The notes: generated by a model from the sequence alone, not told the origin. Counted from the first letter of the stretch, positions 1-9,713 are shown. The stretch: 44,034 nucleotides of DNA from an uncultured Rikenellaceae bacterium (GCA_964369935.1 CAYJHM010000001.1:1-44034), one strand, 5' to 3'. Numbers and translations: made by a program.

Positions 1-105
1 TTAGGGTAGCTATGGCGTGCATAAATCCGATCCGCAATTTCCCCGGACAATAATATTTATTAGCTTAAGTTATTCTCAATAATCATACCACATAAGGCAA
101 AAAAA

Positions 106-130
106 GGCTGTTCGAGTAAATCGAACAGCC
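106..130. terminator. Hairpin terminator downstream of slyD, possibly bidirectional
   Basis: The 10-bp stem GGCTGTTCGA (106-115) pairs with TCGAACAGCC (121-130) around a 5-nt loop. An A-run precedes it and a T-run (cattttttat) follows. Confidence 0.6.
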
Positions 131-152
131 CATTTTTTATATTGACAGCCAA

Positions 153-710
153 TTAGCAACCGCAACCATTTTGGTCATCGCCACAACCCTCGCTACAGCC
201 CTCGCCACAACTGTCACCACAGCCGCAACCACCAGCAGCAGGCATAAATTTAGCCATATCAGCCTCGGTAGACTCGCGTACACCTACTACCTCACCCTCG
301 AAATTAAGGGTCTGGCCAGCCATTGGGTGGTTGAAGTCCATCTTAACAAACTCCTCAGCTATCTCAACAACCTTTCCGTACATTTGGTTGCCTTGGTTAT
401 CCATCATAGGAACCATTCCACCTACTACTATACGCTCGGTATCGAATACACCCTCTACCTCGAAGATGTTTTTTGGAAGATCGACAACTGCATCAGCTGT
501 GAACTCTCCATAACCCTCCTCAGGAGCTAGTGTGAAAGCAAATTTCTCTCCTACCTCTTTATCTTTTACGCTATCCTCGAACTTAGGAAGTAGCATACCC
601 ACTCCGAATATGAACTCTAGTGGTGAGTCTGCCTTAACATCCTCGATAACATTTCCATCTACTGTTAATTTGTATGCTAACGACACATACGAATTGCTTT
701 GAATTTTCAT
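153..710 (-). CDS. slyD: FKBP-type peptidyl-prolyl cis-trans isomerase, SlyD-like, with a Cys/Gly/Asp-rich C-terminal tail
   Basis: 185-aa ORF with an FKBP core and insert-in-flap pattern (LAYKLTVDG..., PLEFIFGVGMLLPKFE, MDFNHPMAGQTLNFEGEVVGV). The C-terminus CGCGDSCGEGCSEGCGDDQNGCGC looks like a metal-binding tail. Confidence 0.88.
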   Translation of the reverse strand: MKIQSNSYVSLAYKLTVDGNVIEDVKADSPLEFIFGVGMLLPKFEDSVKDKEVGEKFAFTLAPEEGYGEFTADAVVDLPKNIFEVEGVFDTERIVVGGMVPMMDNQGNQMYGKVVEIAEEFVKMDFNHPMAGQTLNFEGEVVGVRESTEADMAKFMPAAGGCGCGDSCGEGCSEGCGDDQNGCGC

Positions 711-764
711 ACGTTTATAATTTATTTTTAGTTGAATACAACCATTGTTTTATTAATACTCAAC

Positions 765-3623
765 CTATCTGTAACTCTCGATAGGAGCACAAGTACATAC
801 TAAGTTACGATCGCCGTAACCATTATCTATTTTTGTTACATAAGGCCAGAACTTATGCTCTTTAATCCACACAAGTGGGTAAGCAGCCTTTTGGCGTGAG
901 TAGCTGTGCGACCACTCATCTGATGCCATCTCGTAAGCTGTATGAGGAGCCATCTTAACTACATTATCCTCAGCATCTGCTGCGCCCGATACAATCTCCT
1001 CGCACTCGCGCTTAATTTGGATAAGTGCCTCGATAAATCTGTCTAGTTCAGCTTTACTCTCGCTCTCTGTTGGCTCAACCATAAGGGTCTCGTGAACAGG
1101 GAATGATAGGGTAGGAGCGTGGAATCCGTAATCCATTAAACGACGAGCAATATCACCTGTCTCAACTCCATATATACGCTTGAAATCACGACAATCAACA
1201 ATCATTTCGTGACCTACACGTCCAGTTTCTCCAGTGTAAACTATACCATATTCGCCTTCGATAGCCGCTACCATATAGTTAGCGTTTAATATAGCCACAC
1301 GTGTAGCCTCTGCTAAACCTTTATATCCTAGTAGCTTAATGTAAGCGTAAGTGATAGGTAGAATCATAGCACTTCCCCAAGGAGATGATGATACAGCCGT
1401 TATACCAAGCTCGCCACCAGTTTCAACTATTGGGTGAGATGGTAGGAATGGAACAAGATGTTCTGCCACACCGATAGTACCAACACCAGGACCACCACCA
1501 CCGTGAGGCATAGCAAATGTCTTATGTAGGTTAAGGTGACAAACATCAGCACCAATGAATCCTGGATTGGTAAGTCCAACTTGTGCATTCATATTTGCTC
1601 CGTCCATATATACCTGACCGCCATTATCGTGAACAGCATCAACAATCTCGCGGATACGTGCTTCGAACACACCGTGAGTTGATGGATATGTAATCATTGC
1701 GCACGATAGGTTATCTTTGTGTGCCTCTGCTTTAGCTATAAAGTCTTCTACATCGATATTACCTTTATCGTCGCAATTAACAAGAACAATCTTTAATCCA
1801 GCCATCACAGCAGTAGCAGGATTCGTTCCGTGAGCCGAGGTAGGTATTAGAACAATATTACGATGCCCTTCGCCAATGTGTTGTTGGTATCCGCGAATAA
1901 CCATTACACCTGCATACTCGCCCGCAGCACCCGAGTTTGGCTGATTAGATACAGCAGCAAAACCAGTAATAACTGCAAGATCGTTGTTTAGTTCATCCAT
2001 CATCTCGTGGTATCCGATTGCCTGCTCTCTAGGTACAAATGGGTGAACATTTCCAAATTCGCTCCAAGATAGAGGCATCATTGATACTGCTGAGTTTAGT
2101 TTCATTGTACACGAACCTAATGAAATCATACTGTCTGCTAGAGAGATATCCCTGTCAGCTAACTTTTTGATGTAACGCATCATATCCTCTTCGCAGTGGT
2201 ACTTGTTGAAGATAGCCTCTTCGAATAGAGGAGATTGACGTAACATTGATGGGCAGAATCCGATAACTTCAGCTACCTCGCTAATTGTGATAGTCTCCTT
2301 TGAGGCTGCCTCAGCGAAGATAGCGATTATCTTATTTAATTCGGCTACTGTTATAACCTCATCCATTGATAAACGAACCCTGTTATCGTTAGGGTAGAAT
2401 AGGTTTATTTCGTTACGCTCGGCAATAGTACGAATAGCGTTTGAATCTGTCTGGATATCAAGAGTATCGAAGAAACAGCTATTAGTTAAATTATAGCCAA
2501 GAGCCTTTAGAGCCTCACCTAATGCAACAGTGTGCGAGTGGATATGGTTAGCAATACGCATAATTCCCTCTTTACCGTGATAAACAGCAAACATACCTGC
2601 CATAGTAGCCATTAGAGCCTGAGCAGTACAAATATTTGATGTTGCTTTTTCACGTTTGATGTGTTGCTCGCGCGTTTGTAGGCTCATACGTAGAGCAGGA
2701 TTACCTAATCTATCAACCGATACACCAATAATACGTCCTGGCATCATACGCTTAAAGTCATCCTTGGCAGCAAGGAATGCAGCACTAGGACCACCATAAC
2801 CCATAGGGATACCATATCTTTGGGTTGAACCAACAGTTATATCAGCTCCCCACTCGGCAGGCGACTTTAGTAAAGCTAGCGACATCATATCAGCAGCAGC
2901 AGTTACCATTGCGCCAGCAGCGTGTGCTTTCGCAGTAAACTCGGTGTAATCGCAAATTGCACCATTCGCAGCAGGGTATTGAAGGATTGCCCCGAACTCG
3001 TTACCCTCAAATTCGTACTCTTTATAATCGCCAATGATAAGCTCTATTTCAAGTGTATCGATACGAGTAAGAATTACGTCCAATGTTTGAGGAAATATGT
3101 TTTCATCAACAAACATAACACAACGACCCTCTTTTACCGCAGCACGAGAACGTGAGTTATACATCATAATCATAGCCTCGGCAGCAGCAGTTCCCTCATC
3201 AAGAAGCGAACAGTTAGAGATAGGTAGACCTGTTAGCGAGGTTACCATTGTTTGGAAGTTTAGAAGTGCCTCTAAACGACCTTGTGAAATCTCTGCTTGA
3301 TAAGGAGTGTATGAGGTGTACCATATAGGATTCTCAAAAATGTTACGCATAACAACAGCTAACGGAGCAGTAGGATAGTAACCCATTCCAATGAATGTAC
3401 GGAACGGCTTATTTTTAGCAGCTATAGCCTTAATGTGGTTAATATACTCATACTCACTCATACCCTCTTCGGCCATCTTTAGAGGCTCTTTTAAGCGGAT
3501 ATTCTCTGGGATTACTTGATTAATAAGCTCTTCAAGTGACCCTACACCAATTTTTGAGAGCATTTCTGCTTTCTCACTTGCGGTCGGCCCAATATGGCGA
3601 CCTTCAAATTTATCAAAACTCAT
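765..3623 (-). CDS. gcvP: Glycine dehydrogenase (decarboxylating), single-chain P protein of the glycine cleavage system
   Basis: 952-aa ORF with the diagnostic stretches YTSYTPYQAEISQGRLEALLNFQTM and HLNLHKTFAMPHGGGGPG (PLP-lysine region). The length is typical of fused alpha/beta GcvP. Confidence 0.97.
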   Translation of the reverse strand: MSFDKFEGRHIGPTASEKAEMLSKIGVGSLEELINQVIPENIRLKEPLKMAEEGMSEYEYINHIKAIAAKNKPFRTFIGMGYYPTAPLAVVMRNIFENPIWYTSYTPYQAEISQGRLEALLNFQTMVTSLTGLPISNCSLLDEGTAAAEAMIMMYNSRSRAAVKEGRCVMFVDENIFPQTLDVILTRIDTLEIELIIGDYKEYEFEGNEFGAILQYPAANGAICDYTEFTAKAHAAGAMVTAAADMMSLALLKSPAEWGADITVGSTQRYGIPMGYGGPSAAFLAAKDDFKRMMPGRIIGVSVDRLGNPALRMSLQTREQHIKREKATSNICTAQALMATMAGMFAVYHGKEGIMRIANHIHSHTVALGEALKALGYNLTNSCFFDTLDIQTDSNAIRTIAERNEINLFYPNDNRVRLSMDEVITVAELNKIIAIFAEAASKETITISEVAEVIGFCPSMLRQSPLFEEAIFNKYHCEEDMMRYIKKLADRDISLADSMISLGSCTMKLNSAVSMMPLSWSEFGNVHPFVPREQAIGYHEMMDELNNDLAVITGFAAVSNQPNSGAAGEYAGVMVIRGYQQHIGEGHRNIVLIPTSAHGTNPATAVMAGLKIVLVNCDDKGNIDVEDFIAKAEAHKDNLSCAMITYPSTHGVFEARIREIVDAVHDNGGQVYMDGANMNAQVGLTNPGFIGADVCHLNLHKTFAMPHGGGGPGVGTIGVAEHLVPFLPSHPIVETGGELGITAVSSSPWGSAMILPITYAYIKLLGYKGLAEATRVAILNANYMVAAIEGEYGIVYTGETGRVGHEMIVDCRDFKRIYGVETGDIARRLMDYGFHAPTLSFPVHETLMVEPTESESKAELDRFIEALIQIKRECEEIVSGAADAEDNVVKMAPHTAYEMASDEWSHSYSRQKAAYPLVWIKEHKFWPYVTKIDNGYGDRNLVCTCAPIESYR

Positions 3624-3696
3624 ATTACTAAATTTATTATTGTTTTAACTGTCAAGCAATTATCTATAATGCCCTATCTGTTAGAATAAAGCCCTG

Positions 3697-3704
3697 CAAA
3701 TATA
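3697..3704 (-). promoter_or_regulatory. Candidate Bacteroides-type -7 promoter box (TATATTTG on the minus strand) for gcvP
   Basis: Plus-strand CAAATATA is the reverse complement of the TAnnTTTG consensus. It lies about 74 nt upstream of the gcvP ATG. Confidence 0.45.
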
Positions 3705-3742
3705 CAAATATTTTTTTAATTGCTACATATTTTATACTATTA

Positions 3743-4477
3743 TTATCTAATTATTTTTTTTGGTTCGGTATAGCCAATACAAAGTGCTATTAACTCGATA
3801 TTCTTTACACTTTTACATATCTCGCCCGCACAGCTAGAGATTGTTGCTCCTGTTGTAATGATATCATCAACTAAAGCCACTTTTTTGCCCTTAAGTGCAG
3901 CCTTGGAGATAACCTTGAAACTATCTTTTAAATTCTCTCTGCGTATGGCAGGGCTCTTTGTGGAGGCTTGACTTTTATTATTTTTTGTACGTATAACAGC
4001 ATCGGTTATCACCTCTACATTTAGAACCGAGGCGATACCTCTAGCAATATACTCCGATTGATTATATCCACGCCATTGTAACCGTTTAGGGTGTAGGGGA
4101 AGTGGCACAAGGGCCTCTATTCCATCTATCAGCGGTGAGTGTTCGATATACATAGCAAATAGCCTGCCTATGTGGTATGCTAACATTTTCTGGTTACGAA
4201 ATTTAAAGAAATGGAATATATTGTAGTACTTATTGCTTTTTGTGTATGGAATTAAGGCAATAGCCGCAGAAAATTTAGCTAATGGCTGAAGTTGTATAGA
4301 TAGTTGGTTGCTCCACATAAACCAGTGGTTGGTTATAGGGAGCGAACTAAGGCAGTTTTGGCATAGATATTCGTTTCGGCAATCTAACCGAACACCACAA
4401 GCAACACAACAGTGGGGGAATAGTGCATCAAAACATCCTATTACCCATTCTTTTATGATTGATACTGCCCCTCTCAT
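3743..4477 (-). CDS. comF: ComF-family protein (phosphoribosyltransferase-domain protein)
   Basis: 244 aa with an N-terminal 4-Cys zinc-finger pattern (CCVACG...CQNC) and a C-terminal PRTase motif (KKVALVDDIITTGATI). Its start overlaps the upstream response-regulator stop (TAATG). Confidence 0.88.
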   Translation of the reverse strand: MRGAVSIIKEWVIGCFDALFPHCCVACGVRLDCRNEYLCQNCLSSLPITNHWFMWSNQLSIQLQPLAKFSAAIALIPYTKSNKYYNIFHFFKFRNQKMLAYHIGRLFAMYIEHSPLIDGIEALVPLPLHPKRLQWRGYNQSEYIARGIASVLNVEVITDAVIRTKNNKSQASTKSPAIRRENLKDSFKVISKAALKGKKVALVDDIITTGATISSCAGEICKSVKNIELIALCIGYTEPKKIIR

Positions 4478-5127
4478 TAAATCTCAACAAGACCGTTCTT
4501 AATAGCGTAAACCACAAGATTTGCCGTGTTCTTACAAGCGGTTTTTTGAAGGATATTCGCTCGGTGTTTATCAACAGTTCGCTTTGAGATGAATAGCTTA
4601 TCGCCTATCTCTTGATTATTTAACCCTTTGCATATTTGAAAGAGTATCTCTTTTTCGCGCTCAGATAGATACTCCTCTTCTAGTGTTGTTGTAGCTGTTT
4701 GATTATATTGAAGGCTACCAACAAGCGATAACAGTAGCTCGTTCGAGAAGTATGAGCCACCCTCGTATACAGCTGTAATCGCATTTATGACCTCGTCGAT
4801 AGATGAATTTTTTAGCAAGAACCCTTTTACCCCTAACGATACCATTTTAAAATAGTAATCATCTTCGCCGAACATTGATAGAGTGATAATATGGCTATTA
4901 GGAGAGGTTTCGGCTATAATTTTTGCGGCCTCTATTCCATCCATCAAAGGCATAGATATATCTAGTAATATAACATCAGCAGACGTGTGCGCCAATAGGT
5001 CGATTAACTCTCTACCGTTGGCCGCTTCGCCTACCACATCAATACTCTGATTATCGCTTAGAATCATTTTAAGACCATCTCTAAATAGAGCATGATCATC
5101 GGCGAGTACTACTCTAATTTTGCTCAT
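4477..5127 (-). CDS. Two-component response regulator, NarL/LuxR family
   Basis: 216 aa with a receiver domain (VVLADDHALFRDGL..., DVILLDISMPLMDGIE) and a LuxR-type HTH (LSEREKEILFQICKGLNNQEIGDKLFISKRTVDKHRANILQK). Confidence 0.95.
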   Translation of the reverse strand: MSKIRVVLADDHALFRDGLKMILSDNQSIDVVGEAANGRELIDLLAHTSADVILLDISMPLMDGIEAAKIIAETSPNSHIITLSMFGEDDYYFKMVSLGVKGFLLKNSSIDEVINAITAVYEGGSYFSNELLLSLVGSLQYNQTATTTLEEEYLSEREKEILFQICKGLNNQEIGDKLFISKRTVDKHRANILQKTACKNTANLVVYAIKNGLVEI

Positions 5128-5133
5128 AATATA

Positions 5134-6084
5134 CTATTTATTTGGAATTTCAATTATTATACTTGTTCCACTTTCTGTGTTGCTATCAATCTTTAGTGTC
5201 CCGTCAAGAAGAGTTACCCTTGATTCGATATTTGATAACCCTATCCCCTTATCTGCCCTTTGCGAGACAACATTTAAATCAAACCCTCGTCCGTTATCGA
5301 TATAATTGAGGGTGATAGAGCTGGGGTTAAGGTTTAAAAGTATATTTACAACACTAGCTCCCGAGTGTTTAAGGGCATTATTAATCAATTCCGAGCATAT
5401 ACGATATAGTAACATCTCGGTGCTATGATCGAACCGTTGTTGCTTGATATTCGACTTAAAATTTATCTCTATGCCAGGGGGGAGAGGTAATCTGTTAACA
5501 AAAAGTGCTATCGAACGTACTAACCCAAAATTTGTAAGCGTTGAGGGAGATAGATTATTCGAGATTTCACGGATAGAACCGATAGATTCGTCTATTGCCG
5601 AGCCTATTCTAGTAAGCATATCTTTGCGTGTGTCGGGCGATATATCATCTTTAGATATATACGAAATAGACATTTTAGCCGATGATAATAGCGGGCCAAG
5701 CCCATCATGAAGATCTTTGGCTATACGCTGACGTTCACCCTCTTCGGCTTGAATCATTGATGATAATAACTTCTTGTCGTATATTTTGCGATAACGCACA
5801 ATAGCATCGATATGCCAAATAACCTTCTCCATATAGAATATGCCTACAGATAATGAGATAGATATTATTAGGGTGCTCCAGATGTGATAATCCAGCAGTT
5901 CGATTTTATTGGTGTTAATAATCTTAATAAACTCGATTACCAGGTGGCTCGAGAGCAGCAGCATAGCAACAACAGATAGTATCCACGCCGAATTGAATTT
6001 AGTTTTGCGTGCCATCTTTAGTGCTATCACTATCGAAGATAACTGCATAATCACAGCCATTATCAACAAAATCTTGAAAATCAT
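5134..6084 (-). CDS. Membrane sensor histidine kinase, HisKA_3 (NarX/LiaS-like) type with no large extracytoplasmic domain
   Basis: 316 aa with three N-terminal hydrophobic helices. It has an H-box (IAKDLHDGLGPLLSSAKM), N-box (ELINNALKHSGAS), DNGRGF and GIGLSNIESRV. Confidence 0.9.
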   Translation of the reverse strand: MIFKILLIMAVIMQLSSIVIALKMARKTKFNSAWILSVVAMLLLSSHLVIEFIKIINTNKIELLDYHIWSTLIISISLSVGIFYMEKVIWHIDAIVRYRKIYDKKLLSSMIQAEEGERQRIAKDLHDGLGPLLSSAKMSISYISKDDISPDTRKDMLTRIGSAIDESIGSIREISNNLSPSTLTNFGLVRSIALFVNRLPLPPGIEINFKSNIKQQRFDHSTEMLLYRICSELINNALKHSGASVVNILLNLNPSSITLNYIDNGRGFDLNVVSQRADKGIGLSNIESRVTLLDGTLKIDSNTESGTSIIIEIPNK

Positions 6085-6085
6085 A

Positions 6086-7330
6086 TTAACTACGTTTAAG
6101 TGTTCTGCTTATTCGGTAGCGTATCCTGCTATATAACCCCTCCTCAGCTCCTAATATATGAATCATTACCCTTATGGTTGTCCCTTTATTAGGCTCGCTC
6201 GCGGCAACAAAAATTCGCCCTTTGTGATAGTTGTTAATAATACGTGCACATAACGATAAGCCTAATCCCCAACCTCTCGATTTAGTTGTAAAACCAGGTT
6301 TGAAAATTTTCTCTATATTTGCAGGGGCAATCCCCTTTCCTGTATCTGTTACGTCGGTAATAATCCAGTTTTTTTCTTGGTACACCTTAATTGATATGTT
6401 ACCCTCGCCTGATAGTGCATCGATAGAATTACGTAATAGATTCTCGATAACCCAACCGTAAAGTACCTGATTAGAGTTAGCAAGAAGCTCTTGTTCGGCA
6501 GGTATCTTTAACGTCATAGTCACCTTTTTAGGAAGCCTAGAGTTAAAGTAATTCACCGTATTAGATACTATGGTAATAATGTTTTGAGGTGTTAGAGAAC
6601 TTTCAGAGCCAATTTTCGAAAATCTATCTACCACTGTTAACAGCCTATCAATATCTTTGCTCATCTCATCGACAGCCATAGTGTCAACCTCTTGCGAACG
6701 AAGATACTCTATCCAGCCAAGCAGTGACGAGGTTGGTGTACCTAGCTGGTGCGCTGTCTCTTTTGCCATACCAATCCACACCTTATTCTGTTCATCCGTC
6801 CGAGTAGAGTCGAATGTGATGTACGAAAATAGCACAAAAACCAGTATTATAACTAACGATACAATAGGGAAAAATCGTAACAATATAGTTGTCGAGGAGC
6901 TGCCATAGAAGATATAGCGATGATCAATGTACATACCATTATATAACTTAACCTCGATAGGGCTATTCTTATTTGCCATATTTTTAATGGTTCTATTTAG
7001 CCTTATAGGGTTAGATAGAATCCTCTCGGGTACATTAACAGTACCAATGGTATCAAGTTTTTTGTCGGTAACAATCCTTGGTATATCGTCGCTACCCACT
7101 AGCACCTCTTCAATTAGCTGTTCTAAATCGCCACGATAATCACGCATAGGCGAGCTGCTAGTTTTGTTTAGTGCACTACTCCAAAGGCTAACTAAATGTT
7201 TCTCTTTTCGCTCAAGCTCTCGTGCTAGCCTATCCGATATATATATAGCCACAAGGCACACCACAGCACTAAACGCTATAAATAGCATTTTGTTCTTAAA
7301 AGATAACCTTTTAAATATATTACGCCTCAT
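6086..7330 (-). CDS. Membrane sensor histidine kinase, classical HisKA/HATPase_c type with a ~130-aa extracytoplasmic loop
   Basis: 414 aa with two TM segments flanking a soluble loop. It has an H-box (AHQLGTPTSSLLGWIEYL), N-box (VIENLLRNSIDAL), DTGKGI and GWGLGLSL. Confidence 0.9.
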   Translation of the reverse strand: MRRNIFKRLSFKNKMLFIAFSAVVCLVAIYISDRLARELERKEKHLVSLWSSALNKTSSSPMRDYRGDLEQLIEEVLVGSDDIPRIVTDKKLDTIGTVNVPERILSNPIRLNRTIKNMANKNSPIEVKLYNGMYIDHRYIFYGSSSTTILLRFFPIVSLVIILVFVLFSYITFDSTRTDEQNKVWIGMAKETAHQLGTPTSSLLGWIEYLRSQEVDTMAVDEMSKDIDRLLTVVDRFSKIGSESSLTPQNIITIVSNTVNYFNSRLPKKVTMTLKIPAEQELLANSNQVLYGWVIENLLRNSIDALSGEGNISIKVYQEKNWIITDVTDTGKGIAPANIEKIFKPGFTTKSRGWGLGLSLCARIINNYHKGRIFVAASEPNKGTTIRVMIHILGAEEGLYSRIRYRISRTLKRS

Positions 7331-7424
7331 ATATATGTTTCGATAAAAACTGCATAAAATTAGTAATTTTTTTTGAATATGGCTAATTTAACGATAAAAA
7401 AGATAATCTTTCTCTAAAAAATAT

Positions 7425-7432
7425 TATCTTTG
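7425..7432 (+). promoter_or_regulatory. Candidate -7 promoter box TATCTTTG for the acyltransferase/glycosyltransferase pair
   Basis: Exact TAnnTTTG match in the 180-nt divergent spacer, about 93 nt upstream of the first ATG (7525). Confidence 0.45.
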
Positions 7433-7524
7433 CACACAGATAGGGGTTGTAATAATAACCTGAGTTTTGGATAAGAAATAGTTTAATCGCCGCAAGGCTT
7501 TATGCGCATTTGGCGTTAAATGGG

Positions 7525-8406
7525 ATGAATTTTAAAAGGCTACATAATATTATAATGTGTCAGATGGTGTGGGCATTTAGTTGGGTAATTGGTAAGTTGC
7601 CTCTCTTTTGTTGGACTATCATTGCTCGATTCGTGCGTTTAATCATATATAATATGTTAAAGTATAGAGTTAAGATGACTCGTAAGAATCTGAAATTATC
7701 GTTCCCTGATAAAACACCTAAAGAGTTACTGCAAATTGAACGTGGCTACTATACACACCTATCCGAGCAGTTAGTAGAGATTATTGCCCTTGCTGGAGTT
7801 GGACGTAAGAGGCTAAATAGGCTGATGCGTTTCGAGGAGAGTTACGATTTTGAGGCAGATACTTTGACAGGGTCGGTAGTTATGGCTATGGCGCACTATG
7901 GTAACTGGGAGTGGCCTACAATATACGCCTCAGTTACTTCGGCTCATTTATTGCCTGTTTATCATAAACTAAAATCAGAGTGGGCAGAGCGTTTTTTTCT
8001 TAAGTTACGTTGCAGGTTCGGGGCTGAACCAGTTACTATGAATAGGGTAGGTCGCAGATTGGTCGAGCTTAAAGACGAAAGGTTAATTTTAGCATTGATA
8101 GCCGATCAGACCCCTCCTTCTTTTGATAGGGGCGAATGGATGACCTTCTTAAATCAAGATACCAAATTTTTTGGTGGGATGGAACAAATATCACGTAAGT
8201 ATAATATGCCGCTCTATTTTTTCGAGGTAACAAAACCTAAAAGGCACCATTATGTGGGGCGTTTCGTTGAGTTATATGATGGGGTGTCGGAAATAGATAA
8301 TAACGATTTGACACGCATGTATAAAAATTATCTTGAGAAGTTGATTGTAGAAAACCCATCTCTATGGATGTGGTCGCATAATAGATGGAAACATCATAAA
8401 CATTAA
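7525..8406 (+). CDS. Lipid A biosynthesis (Kdo)2-lipid IVA acyltransferase family protein (LpxL/HtrB-like)
   Basis: The ORF track starts at a TTG (7510), so I use the first ATG; the true start may be further downstream (MCQM...). Supporting stretches are RYRVKMTRKNLKLSFPDKTPKEL, MAHYGNWEW (HX4E acyltransferase motif) and LIADQTP. Confidence 0.82.
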   Translation: MNFKRLHNIIMCQMVWAFSWVIGKLPLFCWTIIARFVRLIIYNMLKYRVKMTRKNLKLSFPDKTPKELLQIERGYYTHLSEQLVEIIALAGVGRKRLNRLMRFEESYDFEADTLTGSVVMAMAHYGNWEWPTIYASVTSAHLLPVYHKLKSEWAERFFLKLRCRFGAEPVTMNRVGRRLVELKDERLILALIADQTPPSFDRGEWMTFLNQDTKFFGGMEQISRKYNMPLYFFEVTKPKRHHYVGRFVELYDGVSEIDNNDLTRMYKNYLEKLIVENPSLWMWSHNRWKHHKH

Positions 8407-8416
8407 TTATATTATT

Positions 8417-9565
8417 ATGAGGATAGGATTTGACGCTAAGAGGGCGTTTAATAATTTTTCGGGTCTGGGTAACTACTCACGAACGCTTATCGGAGATGTA
8501 AGTAGTGATTACCCTAACAATAGTTATACTCTTTTTACACCTAAAATAAATAGGTGCAGTGTTACCGAACCTTTTATTAATAATAAGCACCTGTCGGTTG
8601 TTACTCCCAAGTGTAAACGATTAAAAAATTTGTGGCGTCAATGGGGTATCATTAAGGATATAGCAGCACAAAAAATAGATATTTACCATGGGCTATCGCA
8701 CGATTTACCTATGCCAATAAAAGGTAAAAAGAGGGGGCAAACTAAATATGTGGTTACTATTCACGATGTGTGCTACCGCACTTATCCAGATATGTATTCG
8801 TTTGTAGAGCGTGCAATATATAGAAAAAAGTATAGCCACTCGTTGCGCTATGCTGATGCTATAATTGCAATCTCTGAAAGTACTAAGAGGGATATTTTGC
8901 GATTTTTCCCTTTTGTTGATAGCTCTAAAATTCATACCATCTATCAGGCACTTAATCCTGTCTATTATACACCGATGGAGTGTGGCGAGGCTAAGTCCAT
9001 TGTTCAAAAGCGAGGTGTAGAGGGTTCTTACTTTTTATATGTAGGGAGTATAAATTCTCGCAAAAATCTTTTAGGTGTGGTTAAGGCATATAGTGAGATT
9101 AAAAGTGATAACCGTCCTAAATTGGTTGTTGTTGGGGGTGGCAATGGTAGTTATAAATCGGAGATTGATAATTTTATTAAGAGGGCATCATTAACCGATT
9201 CGGTACTGTTCTTTAACGATATAAGAGAGTCACGAGAGTTGCAAGCATTTTATACGCAGGCGTTAGTGTTGGTTTACCCATCATTTTACGAGGGGTTTGG
9301 GTTACCCGTTGCCGAATCGTTGCTATGTGGTACTGCTGTAATAACTTCAAATATCAGTTCACTGCCCGAGGCGGCAGGCGATGGTGCTATTTATGTCGAG
9401 CCTAACGATATAGGTTCGATTAGGCAGGCAATGGAGCGAAGTATGGAAGATAGTCAGTTGCTTAAAGAGCTTGCTAGAGAGGGGCGTAAATATATTGAGG
9501 AGAATTTTAATCCTAAAAAACTAACCGCACAGCTCGAGAGTTTATATCAGCAAATTTTAATGTAA
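8417..9565 (+). CDS. Glycosyltransferase, GT4 family (GT-B fold)
   Basis: 382 aa with a C-terminal EX7E-type motif (YPSFYEGFGLPVAESLLCGTAVITSNISSLPEAAGD). Its position next to the LpxL-like gene suggests LPS core/envelope glycosylation. Confidence 0.88.
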   Translation: MRIGFDAKRAFNNFSGLGNYSRTLIGDVSSDYPNNSYTLFTPKINRCSVTEPFINNKHLSVVTPKCKRLKNLWRQWGIIKDIAAQKIDIYHGLSHDLPMPIKGKKRGQTKYVVTIHDVCYRTYPDMYSFVERAIYRKKYSHSLRYADAIIAISESTKRDILRFFPFVDSSKIHTIYQALNPVYYTPMECGEAKSIVQKRGVEGSYFLYVGSINSRKNLLGVVKAYSEIKSDNRPKLVVVGGGNGSYKSEIDNFIKRASLTDSVLFFNDIRESRELQAFYTQALVLVYPSFYEGFGLPVAESLLCGTAVITSNISSLPEAAGDGAIYVEPNDIGSIRQAMERSMEDSQLLKELAREGRKYIEENFNPKKLTAQLESLYQQILM

Positions 9566-9713
9566 AATTTATTTTAAAAAGGGGGTAATTCCCTTTTTTT
9601 ATGTCAAAATAGTTGAGATAACTGCCATTTTGTCATATTAGTTGAGGTGGCATATTATTTGTTTTTACCCCTCATAAGCTTTTTAATAAATTTACTAAAA
9701 CTTTTTAATATTT

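Noticed and set aside
1-53. A possible C-terminal end of a plus-strand gene running in from the left edge (...RVAMACINPIRNFPGQ, stop at 51-53), which would share the hairpin at 106-130.
   Set aside because: Only 16 codons are visible, which is not enough to identify it or even to be sure it is coding.
171-530. Plus-strand ORFs (119 aa and 60 aa) inside slyD.
   Set aside because: They are antisense to a confident SlyD gene. The Thr/Ala-repeat N-terminus is simply the complement of the Cys/Gly tail codons.
3624-3742. A glycine riboswitch upstream of gcvP.
   Set aside because: Only about 73 nt separate the predicted -7 box from the ATG. The stretch is very AT-rich, with no GC-rich aptamer stems or the conserved glycine-aptamer core. 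A tandem aptamer would not fit.
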